From contig JAQVDW010000002.1 in the NCBI GenBank assembly GCA_028698185.1, forward strand, positions 120,001 to 152,000: a stretch of DNA of 32,000 nt. Reading direction: 5' to 3'. The notes beneath the pieces were generated by a model. That model was not told where the DNA came from. It ran no database searches and saw only the letters and a program-made list of their open reading frames with translations. The position numbers and the translations under genes were made by a program. This document shows, piece after piece, positions 25,653 through 32,000 of the stretch. Numbering within the stretch: position 1 is the stretch's first letter; each line of letters opens with the position of its first letter. The DNA comes from Erysipelotrichaceae bacterium (lineage in GTDB: Bacteria > Bacillota_I > Bacilli_A > Erysipelotrichales > Coprobacillaceae).

Positions 25653-27394
25653 TAAAAGAAATTGGAAAAATACTCACATTGTTAAAGGAGTACAAAAAGC
25701 CGACCATAATATCCATGGCGACCTTGTCTATCCAGGTGATTTTGGAAGTGCTATTGCCATACATCATCGCTTTGATCATCGACCGGGGCGTTATGGAATC
25801 AAACATCACCGCTATCGTTCAATATGGTTTGCTGATGCTTCTTTGCACGGTGCTGTCACTGCTAATTGGAATCTATTCAAAGCGCCAATCGTCTTTGGCA
25901 GCGACAGGATTTGCGAAAAACATCCGCAAGGAGGTTTTTTACAACATCCAGAACTTCTCTTTCAACAACATAGACAAATATTCTTCATCAAGCCTGATCA
26001 CAAGGCTGACAACCGACGTCACAAACATCCAGAACTCATACATGATGATCCTGATGATAATTGTCCGGTCTCCTCTTTCTTTGATTATGGCCCTGTTCTT
26101 GACATTTACCATTTCACCAAGGCTTTCGGTCGTCTATCTTGTGGCTTCATTGTTCCTTGGGGTTATCCTGTATTTTCTGTTGTCCCATGCCATTCCGACA
26201 TTCAACAAGACTTTCGAGCAGTATGACAAACTCAATGCTTCGATTCAGGAAAACATCAACAATATCCGCGATGTCAAAGCCTATGTCCAAGAAAGCAAGG
26301 AAATCGAAAAATTCTCTTTTGCCTCTTACAGTCTCTATCGGATGTTCAAGAAAGCCGAATCGATTGTTGTCATCAACTCCCCAGTGATGCAATTTACAAT
26401 GTATGGAGCCATCATCGCAATATCATTCCTAGGCGCCAATTACATCGTTGACGGGTCAATGGCCATCGGGGAGTTGTCATCGGTTCTTTCATATACCACA
26501 AACATCATGATGTCATTGATGATGTTTTCAATGATATTTGTCCTGCTGTCGATATCGATTGCCTCAATCAAAAGGGTAAATGCCATCATCGATGAAATTC
26601 CAACACTGACCAATCCTGACAAGCCAATCACGGCCATCAAAGACGGTTCGATCAGCTTTGAAAATGTGAATTTCTCATATTTTGGCAATCTTGACAATCT
26701 CAGTCTCAAGAACATCAACCTAGATATCCAATCAGGGCAGACAATAGGGATCATCGGGGGGACCGGATCATCGAAATCGACGCTGGTACAGCTGGTATCC
26801 CGTCTCTATGATGTCACCTCAGGCAGCCTAAAAGTTGGCGGAGTCGACGTAAAAGACTATGACATCAAATCATTGCGTGACAATGTGGCTGTCGTTTTGC
26901 AAAAAAACGTTCTCTTTACCGGGACAATCGCCGACAATATCCGCTGGGGCAAACCTGATGCCTCAATCGAAGAGATTGAAGAAGTATGCCGCATCGCCCA
27001 GGCTGAAGAGTTCATCTCCCGGATGCCCGATGGCTACCAAAGCAAGATCGAACGGGGCGGCGTGAACGTCTCTGGTGGTCAAAAGCAGCGTCTCACAATC
27101 GCCCGGGCCCTGATCAAAAATCCAAAAATTCTGATTCTCGATGACTCGACCAGCGCAGTCGACACTGCGACCGACCATCTGATTCAAGAGGGATTCAAAA
27201 ACAGAATAAAAGAAACCACCAAAATAATCATCGCGCAGCGAATTTCCTCTGTTCAAAACGCCGACAAGATCATTGTCATGGACGATGGACAAATCGAGTC
27301 AATGGGAACCCATGCGCAGTTGCTTGAAATTTCTCCTATTTATCAAGATGTTTACAATACCCAAATCAAAGGAGGTATCGAAGATGAAAAATAA
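25649..27394 (+). CDS. ABC exporter half-transporter (TMD-NBD), degenerate-site subunit
   Basis: 581 aa with six TM segments, Walker A GGTGSSKST, signature VSGGQKQR, and Walker B ILILDDSTS in which Asp replaces the catalytic Glu. Confidence 0.93.
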   Translation: MIKEIGKILTLLKEYKKPTIISMATLSIQVILEVLLPYIIALIIDRGVMESNITAIVQYGLLMLLCTVLSLLIGIYSKRQSSLAATGFAKNIRKEVFYNIQNFSFNNIDKYSSSSLITRLTTDVTNIQNSYMMILMIIVRSPLSLIMALFLTFTISPRLSVVYLVASLFLGVILYFLLSHAIPTFNKTFEQYDKLNASIQENINNIRDVKAYVQESKEIEKFSFASYSLYRMFKKAESIVVINSPVMQFTMYGAIIAISFLGANYIVDGSMAIGELSSVLSYTTNIMMSLMMFSMIFVLLSISIASIKRVNAIIDEIPTLTNPDKPITAIKDGSISFENVNFSYFGNLDNLSLKNINLDIQSGQTIGIIGGTGSSKSTLVQLVSRLYDVTSGSLKVGGVDVKDYDIKSLRDNVAVVLQKNVLFTGTIADNIRWGKPDASIEEIEEVCRIAQAEEFISRMPDGYQSKIERGGVNVSGGQKQRLTIARALIKNPKILILDDSTSAVDTATDHLIQEGFKNRIKETTKIIIAQRISSVQNADKIIVMDDGQIESMGTHAQLLEISPIYQDVYNTQIKGGIEDEK

Positions 27395-29246
27395 GAACGC
27401 CCTTCAGGAATATAAACGTTTAGGTCGATATATCTTCCAAAAATACAAACTCAGAATAGCGGCAGTGTCCCTGTTTTTGATTCTCTCATCGCTGACCTCG
27501 GTTGTCAGCTCGTTGTTCTTGAGATCATTGATTGATGACTACATCGCTCCGATGCTGTCGCAGGCAACTCCGGATTTCGCGCCACTTATCAATGCCCTGT
27601 TTAAAATAGCCGGCATCTTCATTTTCGGGGTAGTCGCCACATATCTCTACAGTTACCTGCTTATCGAAATAACCCAGGGCACACTAGACAGCCTGCGCAA
27701 GGATCTGTTTGAAAAAATGGAGACCCTGCCGCTACGCTATTTTGACACAACAGCGCATGGTGATATCATGTCAGTTTATACAAACGACACCGATACCATC
27801 CGGCAGGTGATATCCCAGTCCATACCCCAAACATTCTCGTCAATCGTGACGATCATCGGGGTCGTATTTTCAATGCTCTACACCTCTTGGCTTTTGACCC
27901 TGATCATTATTATGTTCATATTCATAATGCAAAAAACTATCAAGTTCCTGGGAAGCCAATCATCAAAACATTTCCGCCAACAGCAGGGAAACCTTGGGAA
28001 GATCAACGGATACATCGAAGAAATGATGGAAGGTCAGCGGGTCGTAAAAGTGTTCAACCACGAAAAGCAGGCCTGCCAGGAATTCGACAAATTGAATGAA
28101 GAGCTTTTCGAATCAGCCTTCAATGCGAACAAATACTCTTCTACTTTGATGCCAATCGTCATGAACCTTGGCAATCTATCGTATGTTTTCTCCGCCATGC
28201 TTGGAGGCGTTTTTGCAGTCAACGGCATCGGCGCCCTGACTATCGGCGGGCTTGTTTCATTCCTGCAATTGAACCGTTCATTTTCAATGCCGATATCCCA
28301 GATATCCCAACAATTCAACGCCATCATCATGGCCAGTGCAGGGATAAACAGGATTTTTGCCCTTCTTGATCAGACACCTGAACAGGATGAGGGAATCGTC
28401 TCCCTTGTCAATGTGGAAAAGAGAGACAATAAGCTGTTTGAGACAGGCAAGCGGACCGAACATTGGGCCTGGCGTCATACGCGAATGGACGGCTCAGTTG
28501 AACTGGTTGAACTTGCCGGCGACATCAGTTTCAATAATGTCGATTTCTCTTACAACAAGGAAAAACAGATCCTGTTCGATATCGACATGTATGCCAAACC
28601 CGGCCAGAAAATCGCACTTGTCGGAGCTACTGGTGCCGGAAAGACGACTATAACCAATCTAATCAATCGCTTTTATGATATCCAAGCTGGAACAATCATA
28701 TATGATGGTATCGATATCAAGACCATCAGGAAAAACGATCTGCGCAAATCGCTTGGTATTGTGCTTCAGGATACAAATCTTTTCAGCGGCACTATCAAGG
28801 ACAACATCCGCTACTCGAATCCTCAAGCCAGCGATGACGAGGTCATTGCGGCTGCCAAACTTGCCAATGCCCACAGTTTCATCAAACATCTCGAAAATGG
28901 CTATGATACGGTTATCGATGGCCATGGCGAAAATCTATCGCAAGGACAGCGCCAGCTTCTTTCAATCGCCCGCGCGGCACTCGCAAACCCTCCAGTGCTT
29001 ATTCTTGATGAGGCAACGTCCAGCATTGACACCAGAACCGAGAAAATAGTCCAAAAGGGGATGGACAAGTTGATGGAGGGACGGACGGTTTTTGTCATCG
29101 CCCATCGGCTGTCAACCATTGTCAATTCAGACGTCATCATGGTAATGGACCAGGGAAAAATCATTGAAAGAGGAAACCATGAAACTCTTTTGAAGCAAGC
29201 GGGAATTTACCACAAGCTATATACCGGAAGTATCGAGCTAAGTTAA
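27384..29246 (+). CDS. ABC exporter half-transporter (TMD-NBD), consensus-site subunit
   Basis: Start is MKNKNALQEY (ATG 27384), after GGAGGT, with an 11 nt overlap with the upstream gene. Walker A GATGAGKTT, Walker B VLILDEATS, signature LSQGQRQ. Confidence 0.93.
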   Translation: MKNKNALQEYKRLGRYIFQKYKLRIAAVSLFLILSSLTSVVSSLFLRSLIDDYIAPMLSQATPDFAPLINALFKIAGIFIFGVVATYLYSYLLIEITQGTLDSLRKDLFEKMETLPLRYFDTTAHGDIMSVYTNDTDTIRQVISQSIPQTFSSIVTIIGVVFSMLYTSWLLTLIIIMFIFIMQKTIKFLGSQSSKHFRQQQGNLGKINGYIEEMMEGQRVVKVFNHEKQACQEFDKLNEELFESAFNANKYSSTLMPIVMNLGNLSYVFSAMLGGVFAVNGIGALTIGGLVSFLQLNRSFSMPISQISQQFNAIIMASAGINRIFALLDQTPEQDEGIVSLVNVEKRDNKLFETGKRTEHWAWRHTRMDGSVELVELAGDISFNNVDFSYNKEKQILFDIDMYAKPGQKIALVGATGAGKTTITNLINRFYDIQAGTIIYDGIDIKTIRKNDLRKSLGIVLQDTNLFSGTIKDNIRYSNPQASDDEVIAAAKLANAHSFIKHLENGYDTVIDGHGENLSQGQRQLLSIARAALANPPVLILDEATSSIDTRTEKIVQKGMDKLMEGRTVFVIAHRLSTIVNSDVIMVMDQGKIIERGNHETLLKQAGIYHKLYTGSIELS

Positions 29247-29277
29247 AGTCAGGCCTTAGGGCTTGACTTTTTTTCAT
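29246..29277 (+). terminator. terminator of the marR-ABC operon
   Basis: AAGTCAGGCC tta GGGCTTGACTT followed by T7. Confidence 0.8.
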
Positions 29278-29303
29278 ACCATTTAGATATTTATCTAAAT
29301 AGC

Positions 29304-29332
29304 TTGCATTAATTCATTTTGTGGATTATAAT
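29304..29332 (+). promoter_or_regulatory. promoter of the sdpR/sdpI-like operon
   Basis: TTGCAT (29304-29309), 17 nt spacer, TATAAT (29327-29332). Confidence 0.7.
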
Positions 29333-29367
29333 CTATTTAGAAAAATATCGAAATAGAGGTGAAAACG

Positions 29368-29649
29368 ATGAGCTTTCAGGAAACTTTCAAAGCAATCTCC
29401 CATCCGGTTCGGCGCGAAATTCTAAATATCCTTAAAAACGGGGATGTCAGTGCTACCGAGATTGCAGAAAAATTCAATCTGACAAATGCGACAATATCCC
29501 ACCATCTGTCAGTGTTGAAAAAATGCGATTTGATCAGCGAACAGAAATACAAGAACTACATCTACTATCGGATCAACACATCAGTAGTCGAGAGCATGAT
29601 GGTTTATTTGTCACAATTCACCGGAGGAAACAAAAATGAAAAAGATTAA
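29368..29649 (+). CDS. ArsR/SmtB-family autorepressor of the SdpR type
   Basis: Start is the ATG at 29368 (MSFQETFKAISHPVRREILNIL), after AGAGGTG. HTH is SATEIAEKFNLTNATISHHLSVLKK. It is paired with an SdpI-like gene. Confidence 0.85.
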   Translation: MSFQETFKAISHPVRREILNILKNGDVSATEIAEKFNLTNATISHHLSVLKKCDLISEQKYKNYIYYRINTSVVESMMVYLSQFTGGNKNEKD

Positions 29650-30283
29650 CCATAGAATTCTTATAATTTCAACATTGATATGTCTTGCCCCCATATTGAT
29701 CGGCCTGTACTTTTACAATCAACTGCCGGATTTGATGCCATCACATTGGAATATCAGCGGGGAAATTGACGGCTATCTGCCCAAAAATATCGCAGTATTC
29801 GGACTCCCGGTATTCATGGCCGCGATAAATTTCCTTGTCATAGTAGCCACCCAGCTGGACCCCAAAAGGCAAAGCAATCCTGACAAACTGGTGAACAAGA
29901 TATATTGGCTGATCCCGATTCTTTCAGTTTTGCTTTCGGTCATAACTTACCGGGTCGCACTTAATCATGATGTCGATGTGGCCACCACTGTGGTCGCCTT
30001 TGTGGGTATCATCTTCATGGTAATCGGCAATTACCTGCCAAAGATAAAACAAAATTATACTATCGGAATAAAGATACCTTGGACATTGAATAACGAGGAT
30101 GTCTGGTTCAAAACGCACCGTCTCGCTGGAACAATCTGGTTTGCCGGCGGGCTGGTTATTTTTGTCTGCGCCTTTGTCTCCGGTTTCGTTGCCGCGATCG
30201 CTCTTGGGGCATTTATCGTTGCCGGAGTTTTCGTTCCGACCATTTATGCCTACTACACTTACAAAAAAATAGAAGGAAAATAA
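29636..30283 (+). CDS. SdpI/YhfL-family membrane protein with N-terminal DUF1648
   Basis: 215 aa with LPDLMPSHWNISGEIDGY (DUF1648 pattern) followed by an SdpI-type multi-TM region (NYTIGIKIPWTLNNEDVW). It overlaps the sdpR-like stop. Confidence 0.8.
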   Translation: MKKINHRILIISTLICLAPILIGLYFYNQLPDLMPSHWNISGEIDGYLPKNIAVFGLPVFMAAINFLVIVATQLDPKRQSNPDKLVNKIYWLIPILSVLLSVITYRVALNHDVDVATTVVAFVGIIFMVIGNYLPKIKQNYTIGIKIPWTLNNEDVWFKTHRLAGTIWFAGGLVIFVCAFVSGFVAAIALGAFIVAGVFVPTIYAYYTYKKIEGK

Positions 30284-30308
30284 GTCCACATAATGTGGAC
30301 TTATTTTC
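30282..30308. terminator. bidirectional terminator
   Basis: AAGTCCACA taa TGTGGACTT, flanked by A/T runs. It is shared with the convergent AhpD-like gene. Confidence 0.7.
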
Positions 30309-30879
30309 TTATTGTCTTCACTGTTATCACTATTATCAGCAGCGGCAACACTATCAACAAAAACGGAGCGGCGATAATGACCAGTTCCCGCGAAAGCCGT
30401 GACTTTTTAACCGGCTTGTTTTTTAACCGGTCTTTAAAGTTGAGCCAGGCAATTCCATAAGCGTTGCCAAACATGATGATGTCAATGACCTTTCTTATCG
30501 CCTCTGCTTTTTCCCTTCCATAATATGCCCGCAGTTTGAACAGGGCATTTCCATCCGGGTTGCCCCTGGTGTAGGCATAATGTTGGGCGAAGATTACGGC
30601 CATCTTCTGATCATCGGGGATATTTTCGAAATCGCCGCTAAGAATTTCGTCAATCTCCAATTGGCTGATTCCCGACTTGAAGGCAATTTTTGTGTGCTCA
30701 TAGCTACAGATCGAGCAGCCATTGACTTGGGTGACTGCAAGCATGATCCGCTCGATGAACTGCTTGTCAATAAGATTATCTCTTTTGATTTTCCTCATTG
30801 TTCTGGCTGCCAATATCATCCTAGAAAATTGCTTCGTGTATTCCTTAATGCTGGTTGTTGCCATTCTTTCATTCATCAT
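30301..30879 (-). CDS. carboxymuconolactone decarboxylase / AhpD-like family protein with a C-terminal TM helix
   Basis: 192 aa with the CxxC-xxx-H motif (VNGCSICSYEHT) and the hydrophobic tail VIIAAPFLLIVLPLLIIVITV. AAGGAG lies upstream. Confidence 0.78.
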   Translation of the reverse strand: MMNERMATTSIKEYTKQFSRMILAARTMRKIKRDNLIDKQFIERIMLAVTQVNGCSICSYEHTKIAFKSGISQLEIDEILSGDFENIPDDQKMAVIFAQHYAYTRGNPDGNALFKLRAYYGREKAEAIRKVIDIIMFGNAYGIAWLNFKDRLKNKPVKKSRLSRELVIIAAPFLLIVLPLLIIVITVKTIRK

Positions 30880-30963
30880 ATATCACTCCTTACCTAAACT
30901 TTATCATATTTTAGCTCTATTGTTAAAAACAAAGCCCTTGTTACTTCAAAAAAGTTAGCTTCC

Positions 30964-30991
30964 TTGACATTGGTCCAACAAATGCTATAGT
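30964..30991 (+). promoter_or_regulatory. promoter of the ArsC-family gene
   Basis: TTGACA (30964-30969), 16 nt spacer, TATAGT (30986-30991). Confidence 0.6.
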
Positions 30992-31032
30992 TAATATAGT
31001 ACCAATTACCACCAAAACAAAGGAGAACAGAC

Positions 31033-31386
31033 ATGATATATCTCTACGGATACAAGAAATGTTCGACCTGCCAAAAGGCAATCAGAATGCTAAATCAGCT
31101 CGAACTCGAATACTCATTTCATGATTTCATTGAAACCAACCTGGATATTTCTACAATCGAGAGAATCCATAAAAAAAGTAAAACCGGGCTGGACAAACTT
31201 TTCAACACAAGAGGCAAGAAATTCCAGGAACTGAAGTTGAAAGAACGGCTTCTTGAGATGTCCGACTCAAATAAAATTGAATTGCTTAGCGGCGACGGCT
31301 ACCTTATAAAAAGGCCGATTCTCGAGAGCGAAGATATCGTTATCATCGGTTACGATGAAGAACTGTACAAACAGCTAGGAGAATAA
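31033..31386 (+). CDS. ArsC/Spx/YffB-family thioredoxin-fold protein
   Basis: 117 aa with N-terminal IYLYGYKKCSTCQKA and the LIKRPIL motif. Confidence 0.8.
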   Translation: MIYLYGYKKCSTCQKAIRMLNQLELEYSFHDFIETNLDISTIERIHKKSKTGLDKLFNTRGKKFQELKLKERLLEMSDSNKIELLSGDGYLIKRPILESEDIVIIGYDEELYKQLGE

Positions 31387-31387
31387 C

Positions 31388-32000
31388 ATGCCGGCATCAT
31401 ACACCCACTACTACTTCGCCCGAGAAGTTTTCGCAAATTTGAAAGATCCAAATATTCAGAAGATAATAGAAAAATATCCGGATCTTTATTTTATCGGTTG
31501 TCATGGACCGGATATCAATTTTTTTTACCGGCCGTACAAGGACAATAAAATAATTGATCAGGCGTATGCGATCCACGATGCTCCAGGGTTTCAATTTTTT
31601 GAACAAGCGATAAAGACCGCCAACCAAAGCCCCAACAGGGAAGCTAGCTGGTCCTATCTTCTGGGATTTTTGACCCATTTCATCCTTGACAGCAATTGCC
31701 ATCCTTACATAAACAACGTGATCGAACCGCAGACAAACGAATTTCATTCCACCATCGAGTCCCAATATGACCGACGCTTCATTCTCAAAGACAAGCTGAA
31801 TCCGATGACAACCCACATCAGGGACCATATTGTGATTTCCAGATTCAACAGCAAAATAATAGCACCCTTTTTTAGATTGAAGCCGGAAATAATAATGAGT
31901 TCGCTGCGAGGGTTCAAATTTTTTGACGGGTTCTTCGTAACCTCATGCAAGTTAAGGCGCAAGATTTCAAGTTTCTTTTTAGTTAAGATGAAAATGGAAA
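31388..32000 (+). CDS. zinc-dependent phospholipase C family protein (C-terminal end runs off the window)
   Basis: My own translation from the ATG at 31388 (after AGGAG) stays open to the window end: MPASYTHYYFAREVF...IGCHGPDINFFY...LGFLTHFILDSNCHPYI. The His-rich motifs are typical of the family. It is not in the ORF track because it has no stop in the window. Confidence 0.72.
   Translation, partial: MPASYTHYYFAREVFANLKDPNIQKIIEKYPDLYFIGCHGPDINFFYRPYKDNKIIDQAYAIHDAPGFQFFEQAIKTANQSPNREASWSYLLGFLTHFILDSNCHPYINNVIEPQTNEFHSTIESQYDRRFILKDKLNPMTTHIRDHIVISRFNSKIIAPFFRLKPEIIMSSLRGFKFFDGFFVTSCKLRRKISSFFLVKMKME

Noticed and set aside
31397-31962. ORFs 31397..31828(-) and 31744..31962(-).
   Set aside because: They are antisense to an open plus-strand frame from 31388 to the window end. 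That frame has an SD and zinc-PLC-family His motifs.
1-32000. An alternative genetic code (TGA as a sense codon), as in Mollicutes-like relatives.
   Set aside because: Several well-delimited genes end at TGA with correct lengths and with coupled downstream starts (tdk, gdpP, the GNAT gene, marR). No gene appears truncated at TGA.

Overview
Core-chromosome segment of a low-GC Gram-positive bacterium. The gene orders yybS-gdpP-rplI-dnaB and rpsF-ssb-rpsR, strong AGGAGG Shine-Dalgarno sites and TGA used as a stop (standard code 11) suggest Bacillota, possibly Erysipelotrichia/Bacilli-like; the taxon is inference only. I call 36 CDS, two of them truncated by the window edges. They cover housekeeping operons (tdk, prfA-prmC-GNAT-tilS-hpt, S6-SSB-S18), pdxR/pdxST, and a lysine-riboswitch-controlled ACT-dapA-dapB-lysA operon. 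The rest is a small alarmone synthetase, a GH36-like hydrolase, a SulP transporter, a MarR plus heterodimeric ABC exporter unit, an SdpR/SdpI pair and a few small redox or membrane genes. I found no tRNA, rRNA, CRISPR array, transposase, integrase or recognisable defence genes. Most of the window is ordinary. The one stretch the gene model does not explain is an AT-rich, ORF-poor island of about 1 kb (4180-5219) between prfA and a LUD-domain gene. Its right ~650 nt (about 4560-5212) has a promoter-like element, an orphan SD, plus-strand G>C asymmetry, a GNRA-capped hairpin, nested long-range complementarities and a terminator. That makes it a candidate large non-coding RNA, but I cannot assign it to any family from sequence alone. 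Smaller observations are a PrmC reading frame that runs 119 nt into the next gene across an A7 homopolymer, an attenuator-like hairpin ahead of the LUD gene, a stand-alone aspartokinase-type ACT protein heading the L-box operon, and several operator-like palindromes.
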